Source of the DNA: a virus
Strand: one strand, 5' to 3'
IMG/VR virus record: IMGVR_UViG_3300028569_000028
Coordinates: 1-64,000 of that record
Length of the DNA stretch: 64,000 nt
In this document: positions 45,376 through 54,028 of the stretch, one piece after another
Layout: the number at the start of each line of letters is the position of its first letter
Position numbering within the stretch: position 1 is the first letter of the stretch
The notes under the pieces: generated by a model
Database searches by the model: none
Told to the model about the DNA's origin: nothing
The model's input: the letters and a program-made list of their open reading frames with translations, nothing else
Position numbers and translations under genes: made by a program

Positions 45376-48300
45376 TATCTATAGCCTCTAGAAGATACTT
45401 CTCTAGGCTGTAAAGAAACTCCAATGAGTTTCCATTCTTCTCTGGCATTAATATGTCTGAATTGCACATGCAAATAGCGACAGCGAGATTTATCTCTTGG
45501 TATGAGAGTCCTAACTGGAACTTCATTTCCCTCTCCGCCATAAGTTACATCTGCCCAACTATATCCATCCCAGTATCCCGGACCTTTTCCAAAGAATTCT
45601 ACAGAAGCAAAGTCATACGACCTATCAGATGAGTAAGCAACAATGCCTCCCCAAAAGTTATTCTGGTCAAAGATAAAAGTTCCCTCGGATACTTGCTTTG
45701 TCATTTCAGGCTTACCAAAATGTTGTGGAGCGTACTGCACAAGACATTTAATAGCTTTAAAGAAACTTACGTTTCCTTGAATGAACTTGTTCATGAATTT
45801 TAAAGTAACAGTGTTAAATCTTGGATTAACTACTGTAACAAGTGCTTCATAAGTTAAAAGGTCTGTAGCAAGTTTGTAATTTTTAAACCCAGTTGCGGCA
45901 ATTGTACTATTAAGATAATTAATAATGTCGTTGTAATCATCTCTAAGCTCTATAAGAGAATTAGAGTTTGAACTTGCTGGAACCATAATTCCATCAGAGT
46001 TAAGCTTTGCAACAAGCTGCACCAACTTAGCCGCTAAGCTATCTCCAGTTACTGCCTTAAGTGTTGAGTAATAATTATTGGAATTAAGAATGTCTCTATC
46101 CAGTTTCTTAAGAAGTCTGTTATATTTGTTAATATCCACATACTGAGTTTGTACTAAGACATCTCCAGCTTCGAGTTCAGCTACGGAAGAAATAATAACG
46201 GTTAAGTCATTAATTGCTCCAGCACTAATACTTCTAATAATTTCTCTATCAGATTGGTCTTGTCTTTCTAAGTTTTTTCTTTCTTTAAGAACATAAGGTC
46301 TACTAGAGGAATCTCCTAAATAAATTTTATCATCATTAGGATTTACCACTCCACAGTTAGCTGGCTTTGTCCAACGAGTCCATGCTCTTGTAAATGTATT
46401 GTATCTAAAAGCTTGAGTAGCATAGTTATCTGTTGTTTTTTCTGGAAGCCATATAATGTAACATCTATCAGATTCAGAAGCCATTCCCCAGCTCATAAGC
46501 TTATAATTAAACTTAGCGTTGGCGATTTCCTGTATCTTGTTTTCAATATTTCTGGAGATAATACCCACCCCAGTCTCTGACACAGTTACTACACCTTGGC
46601 TAGTAAGCACATAAATGAGGTTATTGAGGTTTGTGGCTGTATCTGGAGCAAAGGTAAGGGCAGAGGAGTCAGACAGTCTCACGCTGAAATTTGGAGCAGC
46701 TGAGCCTGATATAATATAAACTCCATCTTCTTTAAGGACAACAAGGCTATCTCTTAACGCCATAATGCGTTGAATGGCTTTATCTTTTGGTCCAATGTCG
46801 ATATAGTTAACTAAAGGCACTGCTTCTGGCTGATTTATCTTTGAAAAGTAAATTCTATTTCTATTTGAAGAATTATCTGATACAACATCAGCTGGGAAAA
46901 TAATTGCTTGATCAAAAGCAGAGTAAGTTGTTGTAGAGCTAAAACCTGTAATTGTTAGAGAAGTTGTAGTTGGAGTTGTAGCAACAGTTTTTCTTCCAGA
47001 TAAAATAGTGGCAGAAGTTGTTGGTTTAATAAATACATAAACATCTTGATTCGGAAGTAATTCGTGAGCCGCTGTAGTATTAATAGTAGTAGGAGCTGTA
47101 ACATTAGAAATCGTCTTAACAACTGGAATAGATGGTTCAAATACGGCAGTAGTTGTTGCATGACTGAATCCTAGAAATACTGGGTCATCAAGCAAGTTCT
47201 TAGCTTCTAAAACAATAATACCCGGTAGGTCATTTGGACCAGATAGGTAGAAAGCTGTAACTGGAGAAGAAGCATCTTTATTAATGATTCTTTCAAGTGA
47301 CCTTGCTGTATCTTCTACTGAAAGTCCTTGAGAGGCTAATCCAGATAAAAGCACTTCGTTTGCTGCAGCATTTTCTCCAAGTCCTTCTTGAAACACAGTA
47401 GGAGTTACCCAGCTCACTGCGGCAACTGACTGGGTTACGGCACTAGCGTTACCGTTGTCGGTATAAGTAAGCCTTATTACCCCAGAGCCAATATCTGTTG
47501 CTTCAAAATCTGGAATGTCAAAGAATGCACTTATGAATGCGTCAACTGAACCTTGGGTTGTATTGTCATAGCCTTCTAAAGCAACTCTTAAAAGAATAGA
47601 AGAATCATTACTTGGAGCTTCAGAGTCGTGTAATATATTAGCTGTACCGACTGCAGAGCTTAAGTCTATTGCTGTCCCATTCACCGTTAAAGATAGTTTA
47701 AAGACGTTATCACTTATTCTTATGGCATAGTACGTGCCAGCTGTTAAACCAGCAGGTAAGCTTGCTCCAGAGATTGCTACTTTGTCGTTTGTTGCTAAGC
47801 CGTGTGCAGCTATGGTAATTTCTTCTGTTGTTGCATTTACTGCAGTATCTGTAAAGCTAAAGCTAACAGTACCCTTATCAAACCAGACTCTATACTTAAC
47901 TCTATCTTGAGCTGACATTACATCGAAATAAGATCCTCCAGTTGTCTCAGCTTTTTTCTTAGCTGTGAAATCTACAATTTCATTCCTTCCAACAAAAGTG
48001 TAAGTTCTAACAATTTGAGAATTAGCGATGTATAATTTAGAAACTCCAGAAGTGAACTGGCTTACAGAAAGTAAATTGAATTGAACTCTATGCCTTTCTT
48101 TTGTATTGGCATAGAAAGCTGAGCCTTTAAACACAGCAACATCATGCGCTACTGGAGGAGCTTCATTTGACTGAAGAGAACCTTCGCCAGTTACAGGATT
48201 ATTATAAAGAAATAACCCACCTTGTCTAAATGTTTCTGGAACAATGTCGCTAAAAGTAATGCTTGATGGAATTGGAGAAGAATCTTCAACGACTGCATAT

Positions 48301-49961
48301 TCTGCAATCTTCTGGAACTCTTCACCCGGATCGATGTCGTTAAGCGTTAAGCCTGTAGCTACTGTAATAAAAGCTGTTCTATAAATTTCATAGAAATAAG
48401 TTCTATCATTATTGGTGATGATTTCTGAAGGAACTGTAAAGCTTAGAGATGTGTTAGCCGGAATTCCTGTAGCAGTTTGACCATCAAATACTTTTGAAAC
48501 AGTTATAAGTGATGAATCGATATTTCCAGCTGATGCGTCAAGTACGTTACCGCCATCAATGTTTGTAACGGTAACTTCTGTTGAGGTAGTGCTAACGCTA
48601 ACATCAGATACAAGAGAAATTGTTTCGGCAATCTTTGCCATGTAATTTTCTTTTGACTTATTAGAGATTTTATAAATCTCAACTTCTCGTAAATCTCTAC
48701 CAACTAGACTTGTATCCGTTGGGGCAACGTCTGTCCCAGAAATATTAAACCAGCAAGCGAATTTATTTGTTGGAGAGTCGAAAGTAAAATAATTAGAATT
48801 AAATAATCCTGAATAAATATTAGAAACGCCTTCAATTTTTGTTAAACTTATAGCAGACCCACTTGAAGTGGCTGATAATTGAAATGTATCTGTAGTAACG
48901 TTTACTATGTAGTATGTATTTGCTTTGTTTATTTCTTTTGGAATAATTCCATAAAGTCTAACTTTTGTATTGTTTGTATACCCATGCGAAGTTACTGTTA
49001 TAGTTTTTCCAACATTGGTACTCTCTACAATACCGCCAGTTCCTGTAGCTGTTATATCAATTTCAGAACCTTCGATTGTATTCTTAAGCTTGATTTTATT
49101 AGTATCTACTCGTATAACGTAATAATTACCAGCTGATAACCCCGTAGGTAATACTAAAGCTCCGGCTGATAGTTTTATTAAGTCATTTGTTTGAAAGTTA
49201 TGATCGACTGCACCAGTTGTAAGATTTATAGTATTTGTTGTAATATTAACATCGGCTGTTACAAATGGAAATTCAATACCACCAGAGAGAGCAGTTGTGG
49301 AGTCGAATTGTTTATGAATTCCTGCACCAGCAGTAGTTACGGCAATACTAAACTCTTCCCCAACATTTATATCATTAGAAGTATTTGTTAAAACATATCT
49401 AGAACTTGGAACGCCACGGTTAATATTACCATTGGCATCTTTTTTAGCCCAAAGAACTTTATACCCAACTTTTGATTGAGCTGGAAGAAAACCAGACTCG
49501 GAAGGAACAATAACGCCTTCTAAGCTTAGAGCTTTAACTGCTCCAGCATTTGTGATAAAACCAGCAGAAGTTGTAAAGTCACTGGCAGAAGTTGCCGAGA
49601 TTTTTTTAATGCCTTCGCTTGTTGTAAAATACAGGTTTGAGTTAAGCTCGAAATATTTAATTCTAAGCCTTTCCACAAGCTCAGAATAGACTCCAGAAAA
49701 GTTTAGGAAGGTTCCATTACCATCAGAGTCGAAACTTAATTTATTTGAGAAATGGCGAAGAATACGCCCTTTATAAGTGAGTAGTTGTTTTACAACAGTG
49801 TCATCATCTGTTTTATTTCCAAACTCTCCAAAGCCTCGTCTACTCTGAATTACGTTGTCAAAATCAATGACGCAGTTATCAAGAATTTCAGCGGCTCCAT
49901 CTGGTCTTGCGAGTTCGTTTGGACTTGTTACCAAGCCTCGGTTGATAGTTAGTACAGACAC
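45375..49961 (-). CDS. tail nozzle / stabilization-like protein with inserted beta domains
   Basis: GL.TSPN...LDNCVID..IQSRRG N-terminus; NRIYFSK..PE; LVVLKEDG propeller blades; follows the adaptor gene. Confidence 0.65.
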   Translation of the reverse strand: MSVLTINRGLVTSPNELARPDGAAEILDNCVIDFDNVIQSRRGFGEFGNKTDDDTVVKQLLTYKGRILRHFSNKLSFDSDGNGTFLNFSGVYSELVERLRIKYFELNSNLYFTTSEGIKKISATSASDFTTSAGFITNAGAVKALSLEGVIVPSESGFLPAQSKVGYKVLWAKKDANGNINRGVPSSRYVLTNTSNDINVGEEFSIAVTTAGAGIHKQFDSTTALSGGIEFPFVTADVNITTNTINLTTGAVDHNFQTNDLIKLSAGALVLPTGLSAGNYYVIRVDTNKIKLKNTIEGSEIDITATGTGGIVESTNVGKTITVTSHGYTNNTKVRLYGIIPKEINKANTYYIVNVTTDTFQLSATSSGSAISLTKIEGVSNIYSGLFNSNYFTFDSPTNKFACWFNISGTDVAPTDTSLVGRDLREVEIYKISNKSKENYMAKIAETISLVSDVSVSTTSTEVTVTNIDGGNVLDASAGNIDSSLITVSKVFDGQTATGIPANTSLSFTVPSEIITNNDRTYFYEIYRTAFITVATGLTLNDIDPGEEFQKIAEYAVVEDSSPIPSSITFSDIVPETFRQGGLFLYNNPVTGEGSLQSNEAPPVAHDVAVFKGSAFYANTKERHRVQFNLLSVSQFTSGVSKLYIANSQIVRTYTFVGRNEIVDFTAKKKAETTGGSYFDVMSAQDRVKYRVWFDKGTVSFSFTDTAVNATTEEITIAAHGLATNDKVAISGASLPAGLTAGTYYAIRISDNVFKLSLTVNGTAIDLSSAVGTANILHDSEAPSNDSSILLRVALEGYDNTTQGSVDAFISAFFDIPDFEATDIGSGVIRLTYTDNGNASAVTQSVAAVSWVTPTVFQEGLGENAAANEVLLSGLASQGLSVEDTARSLERIINKDASSPVTAFYLSGPNDLPGIIVLEAKNLLDDPVFLGFSHATTTAVFEPSIPVVKTISNVTAPTTINTTAAHELLPNQDVYVFIKPTTSATILSGRKTVATTPTTTSLTITGFSSTTTYSAFDQAIIFPADVVSDNSSNRNRIYFSKINQPEAVPLVNYIDIGPKDKAIQRIMALRDSLVVLKEDGVYIISGSAAPNFSVRLSDSSALTFAPDTATNLNNLIYVLTSQGVVTVSETGVGIISRNIENKIQEIANAKFNYKLMSWGMASESDRCYIIWLPEKTTDNYATQAFRYNTFTRAWTRWTKPANCGVVNPNDDKIYLGDSSSRPYVLKERKNLERQDQSDREIIRSISAGAINDLTVIISSVAELEAGDVLVQTQYVDINKYNRLLKKLDRDILNSNNYYSTLKAVTGDSLAAKLVQLVAKLNSDGIMVPASSNSNSLIELRDDYNDIINYLNSTIAATGFKNYKLATDLLTYEALVTVVNPRFNTVTLKFMNKFIQGNVSFFKAIKCLVQYAPQHFGKPEMTKQVSEGTFIFDQNNFWGGIVAYSSDRSYDFASVEFFGKGPGYWDGYSWADVTYGGEGNEVPVRTLIPRDKSRCRYLHVQFRHINAREEWKLIGVSLQPREVSSRGYR

Positions 49962-49964
49962 AGC

Positions 49965-51164
49965 TTACCACCTTCTATTGCGTCGCCCTAGAGTGTTCAG
50001 TGTATTTACCAGAGGTGAATGCCTAGACTTAATCTTCTGCATTGCACCTTCAACTCTATTGTCGAGAAATGTTGCAGCATCTTTTTCCATTGTGGCAAGT
50101 TTTCTTTCTGCAGATTGTTTATTTTGCTCATCGCCCATTGCTTCCAAACAAGCAACAGCAACTCGCTGTGCTAAAATAGGATGGAGTTCTGTGGGGATAT
50201 TTGGAACAAATGTTTCCTCTGCAAGCGTTATATAAGAGCCTACAATAAGATCTGGAATATCTGTTGCTACAAAGCTTATTTGTTTAGATACTTGATTGAT
50301 TGCGTTAAAACGCTTATCATAATGAATTATTTTATTTGGGGATACATTTTGAACAAAGTCAAAGAAATTATTCTGGAGAAATATAGCTGGAAGAGTAGAT
50401 AGTGTTAGTCGTTTAACACTTAGTGCAGCATTGAAATTTCCACCGATAGATCCAACAGAAGAAGTAGTAAATTTAACACTAAAAGTATTTGCATCAATAA
50501 CATTAATTTCATGGAATCCATCCACAGAAGGAGTTGTATTAGCCCCAGAAATTTGAACAAGTTGTTTATTAGTAAGTCCATGACTAACACTTGTAAATGT
50601 GGTTTCTGTTCCAGAGACTATGTTTGTAAAAGCTCCAGTCTTAGGATTAATCTGGTCAATTTCAGAAGTCTGTGCAATACTAATAATGGTACTGCCAGCA
50701 GATTCTATTACTAAATGGTTAGGACGCATATAGAAATACATGCGAAGTTTCATTCTATCATTTGCATCAAAGTTAGAAAGAATTACATCGTTGTTTTCTA
50801 AATAAAAGCCACGGTTATTAATGTACGTTGTGGTGTTTGTGAAATCTGAAATTTCACCTAAAGAATATCTATGCATTTCAAAAATATTATCATTTTCATC
50901 AATAAGAGCTACATCACGCATTTTATTCCCATGCGCTCTAGAAGGAATAGCATATCTCTTTTTCCCCCCTATTAATGGAAGGTCGATATAGTAAATGAGA
51001 TGCTCTTCGTGCATTCTTTGTATAAGCGGCACAAGTCCAATATTGACTTCTTCTGTAGCCATTCTTAATAAATCTTCATCGGTAAAAGACTCTTGAGAAT
51101 TGGGTATGAATGCGCGTCGCTTAATACTGCGAATTAAATCGCCAGTTTTTAAAATGCTACTCAT
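49965..51164 (-). CDS. head-tail adaptor-like protein with inserted beta domain
   Basis: LIRSIKRR...EDLLR..EE; IP.ELHPIL...A.ACLE helical C-terminus. Confidence 0.6.
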   Translation of the reverse strand: MSSILKTGDLIRSIKRRAFIPNSQESFTDEDLLRMATEEVNIGLVPLIQRMHEEHLIYYIDLPLIGGKKRYAIPSRAHGNKMRDVALIDENDNIFEMHRYSLGEISDFTNTTTYINNRGFYLENNDVILSNFDANDRMKLRMYFYMRPNHLVIESAGSTIISIAQTSEIDQINPKTGAFTNIVSGTETTFTSVSHGLTNKQLVQISGANTTPSVDGFHEINVIDANTFSVKFTTSSVGSIGGNFNAALSVKRLTLSTLPAIFLQNNFFDFVQNVSPNKIIHYDKRFNAINQVSKQISFVATDIPDLIVGSYITLAEETFVPNIPTELHPILAQRVAVACLEAMGDEQNKQSAERKLATMEKDAATFLDNRVEGAMQKIKSRHSPLVNTLNTLGRRNRRW

Positions 51165-51178
51165 TTTATAGCCTTATA

Positions 51179-51568
51179 TTACTTTCCTAGTTTCTTCTTC
51201 AGCATTTCGAACATTGCTTCCATTTCTTCTGGAGACATTTCCGAGGCATCTTCTTCCGCTTCCATTTCTGGAGACTCTTCTTCAGAATCCTCAGAAGCTT
51301 GACAAAGAGGACAGCCTTTGCCTTTACACTTAGGACAAGACTCATCTTCTGATTCTTCGCCATTACCTTCTTGGCTAGATTTCATCTGCATAATCTTCTC
51401 AGCCATAGAAAGTCCTTTTTTAAGACCTTCTGGAGAGTCAGACATAACAGATACTTTTTTCATGCCTTTTTTGCCAATCATGTCTTTCATTGGAGAATAC
51501 ATGTCATTTGACATTTCTTTTGAAAGTTCTTTGAGCATCTCAGACTTAGCTTTTGCTTTCTTTTCCAT
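51179..51568 (-). CDS. acidic late protein with CxxCxGxGCxxC motif
   Basis: own late motif and AAGGAG RBS. Confidence 0.6.
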   Translation of the reverse strand: MEKKAKAKSEMLKELSKEMSNDMYSPMKDMIGKKGMKKVSVMSDSPEGLKKGLSMAEKIMQMKSSQEGNGEESEDESCPKCKGKGCPLCQASEDSEEESPEMEAEEDASEMSPEEMEAMFEMLKKKLGK

Positions 51569-51595
51569 AGTTTATAGCTCCTTTGTGCCACATAA

Positions 51596-51607
51596 TATAA
51601 GGGTGTT
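51596..51607 (-). promoter_or_regulatory. putative late promoter AACACCCTTATA
   Basis: 27 nt upstream of ATG 51568, just past a terminator. Confidence 0.65.
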
Positions 51608-51660
51608 ATTTGTTAATTTATTAATATTATTAATTATTTATGTAAAAACAAAGAGTTAGA

Positions 51661-51691
51661 AAAGAAAAAGGCCCCTATATGGAGCCCTTTT
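51661..51691 (-). terminator. intrinsic terminator
   Basis: rc AAGGGCTCC-ATATA-GGGGCCTTTTTCTTT. Confidence 0.65.
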
Positions 51692-51695
51692 ATTA

Positions 51696-52541
51696 TTAAT
51701 CTTGTTGATAAATTTCAAACTTACTGATTCGTATTATGTCGGAGCTAGATGCGCCTACAAAATTAAAAGATAGATTATAGTAACCCGGACCACCATCGGC
51801 AACACCCGGACCACCATCGGCAAGTCTTGTTAAATCAAACTCATGATAACCATTTGCTGCAACCGATGCTAAAATTTGTGCCGTTGTAGCTGTAAGTGCT
51901 GATTCTGCTCCATGATCTGTCCAATAAATTGCGTAAGTTCCAGATCCTTCAATAGAATCAACGTAAAGTCTAACTTTCAAGTTACTAGATTTTGTCTCAG
52001 TAGTTATAGCTGCTGATCTAGGATAAATAATTCCATAGTTATTTTCTCCTACGATATCAAAACCAACTTGAATTAATTTTCCTTCTTGTAAGTTACTACT
52101 CCCAGTAGTATTCTCGTGTACCGCAGGGGCAGAGTATGAATTATTAATAAACATTCTAGTATGGTAAAGACTTAAATTAGAAGGCGGTTGAGATGATTGA
52201 AAATTAATATCAAATTCGGAAGCCTGAACTTCAGATCTTGGTATTTCTAAAAATCCACCATCAAAGTCTAATATTACCAATTTTTGAATTTCAAACGAAT
52301 CTCTAGCTTGATTTGAAACTAAAAAAGACCCCACTGGAGTAGATAAAGTTGCGTCAAATTCAACAATTTCATACTGACTTCCAGAAGAACTTTTATACAC
52401 CACATTAACTCTGTACCAATTACTAGAGTCAGAAAAATAAGAATCTGCAACAACCATAGCATGTTGCAAAAGCTCAGATTTAGAAAGAGTAAAAGCGGCA
52501 GTTTGTCCTTTATAAGTGGACGGTTTTGTTATTATAGCCAT
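51696..52541 (-). CDS. virion/fibre-associated protein, paralogue of 53545-53979
   Basis: shared N-terminal ~115 aa; beta-rich C-terminus. Confidence 0.6.
   Translation of the reverse strand: MAIITKPSTYKGQTAAFTLSKSELLQHAMVVADSYFSDSSNWYRVNVVYKSSSGSQYEIVEFDATLSTPVGSFLVSNQARDSFEIQKLVILDFDGGFLEIPRSEVQASEFDINFQSSQPPSNLSLYHTRMFINNSYSAPAVHENTTGSSNLQEGKLIQVGFDIVGENNYGIIYPRSAAITTETKSSNLKVRLYVDSIEGSGTYAIYWTDHGAESALTATTAQILASVAANGYHEFDLTRLADGGPGVADGGPGYYNLSFNFVGASSSDIIRISKFEIYQQD
51783..51823. repeat. 21-bp tandem duplication (ADGGPG x2)
   Basis: ACCCGGACCACCATCGGCAA twice. Confidence 0.9.
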
Positions 52542-52552
52542 TTTTATTCTCC

Positions 52553-53524
52553 TTAAACTTTAATAATTAGACGAAGATTAGCATTTGTATCTGGACTTGG
52601 AATATTAAAAGTAGTAGAGCCGTTTCCAGACCCGTAAGAAACTCCAATCAATGTAAAAAGAGCAGAGTATGTTGATCTGCTAACAGCAGAACCATCACAT
52701 AAAAGCCACCCAGAAGGAGCCGAGGAACCAGCATATATCTGTATTACTCCTACTGGAATAAGTCCACTTGTTGCAACTATAGAATCTGCGTAGGACTTTG
52801 CAGAATTTAGAGTTGTAACATCAGCTGCTAGTCTAGTAACCTCTTCTGTAGCTATAATTGCCGCAAAGTCCATTAGTTTAGACTCTGTATAAGACTTTGC
52901 CGAGTTTAGAGTTGTAACATCAGCTGCTATTCTAGTATTTACTTCTTCAGTTAAACTAGTAGATAAAGCAGTATCGGCTGCTAGTCTAGTAACCTCTTCT
53001 GTAGCCAAAGCTGCCCAAAACGGCCATACTTTGGAATCTGCGTAAGACTTTGCCGAGTTTAGAGTCGTAACATCAGCAGCAGTTCTATTACTTACTTCTT
53101 GACTTAAACTTGTAGATAAAGCAGTATCAGCTGCTAGTCTAGTAACCTCTTCTGTAGCTATAATTGCCGCAAAGTCCATTAGTTTAGACTCTGTATAAGA
53201 CTTTGCAGAATTTAGAGTTGTTGTATCTGCAGAATTTCTCGCAGAAACCTCAGAGCTAATTTCAGAATCAGTGTAAGACTTTGCGGAATTTAAAGTATTC
53301 GTATCTGCTGTTTGTCTGTTTGTAACTTCAGAACTTAAAGCAGAATCTAAACTTGATAATTCGCTTATAACCTCTGATTTTTTTTGATCGGCATAAGCCT
53401 TTAGAGGAGCTTCCAGAGTACTAGCCTTTATAGACTTCGATACTCCACCAGTGGAAACAAGTAGTAAGTCATCGGCACTAAGGCTCGTGACTTTTTCGGA
53501 TAACTGTGATAATTTTTTATTCAT
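52553..53524 (-). CDS. tail fibre protein with coiled-coil repeats and tail-collar domain
   Basis: TLNSAKSY repeats; PVGVIQIYAGSSAPSGWLLCDGSAVSRSTYSALF...TTFNIP. Confidence 0.85.
   Translation of the reverse strand: MNKKLSQLSEKVTSLSADDLLLVSTGGVSKSIKASTLEAPLKAYADQKKSEVISELSSLDSALSSEVTNRQTADTNTLNSAKSYTDSEISSEVSARNSADTTTLNSAKSYTESKLMDFAAIIATEEVTRLAADTALSTSLSQEVSNRTAADVTTLNSAKSYADSKVWPFWAALATEEVTRLAADTALSTSLTEEVNTRIAADVTTLNSAKSYTESKLMDFAAIIATEEVTRLAADVTTLNSAKSYADSIVATSGLIPVGVIQIYAGSSAPSGWLLCDGSAVSRSTYSALFTLIGVSYGSGNGSTTFNIPSPDTNANLRLIIKV
52820..53206. repeat. 81-bp perfect direct repeat (52820-52900 and 53126-53206)
   Basis: read directly; offset 306 bp, in frame. Confidence 0.85.
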
Positions 53525-53544
53525 TATTTACTCCGTTTGTATTA

Positions 53545-53979
53545 CTATAGTACTAAGAATTCTTCAGATTCTAATAAAAGAGCAGCTCCATCTTCTAGTA
53601 ATAGTACAAACTCTTCACTTTCCGAGCCAGTATAAAGTTCTAGATCAAAATCTAACGTATTCAAATCATTTCTTTCTAATTTTAAAATTTCACCGTCAAG
53701 ATCAACAATTACCAAAGATTCAATCTGGAATGATGTTCTTGCTTTTTCAGAAGCAGAAAACATCCCATACATAAAACCATCAGCTGAGTCAAAATTAACA
53801 ATAATTCTCTGATTTCCTTCGGTGCTTTTATAGTTAAGATAAACTTTATGCCACTTGGAAAAACTAGAAAATTGTAAATTAGAAGATACGATATGATTAT
53901 TTATTAGATTTGTTTTAAAAAGGGTAATTTCTACAGGAGTGCCTTTATAAATAACACTTGGTTTTGATATAATAGACAT
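53545..53979 (-). CDS. virion-associated protein, paralogue of 51696-52541
   Basis: MSIISKPS..KG; W.KV...YKS..G.Q; C-terminal LLLEDG..LLLE motif. Confidence 0.6.
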   Translation of the reverse strand: MSIISKPSVIYKGTPVEITLFKTNLINNHIVSSNLQFSSFSKWHKVYLNYKSTEGNQRIIVNFDSADGFMYGMFSASEKARTSFQIESLVIVDLDGEILKLERNDLNTLDFDLELYTGSESEEFVLLLEDGAALLLESEEFLVL

Positions 53980-53991
53980 TTTTTATTCCTT

Positions 53992-54018
53992 AAAAATAGA
54001 GGGGACTTACGTCCCCTC
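53992..54018 (-). terminator. intrinsic terminator
   Basis: rc GAGGGGAC-GTAA-GTCCCCTC-TATTTTT. Confidence 0.8.
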
Positions 54019-54028
54019 CCCCAATAAA

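Noticed and set aside
52820-53206. Diversity-generating retroelement template/variable repeat pair
   Set aside because: Differences between modules are not adenine-specific and no reverse transcriptase is present in the window.
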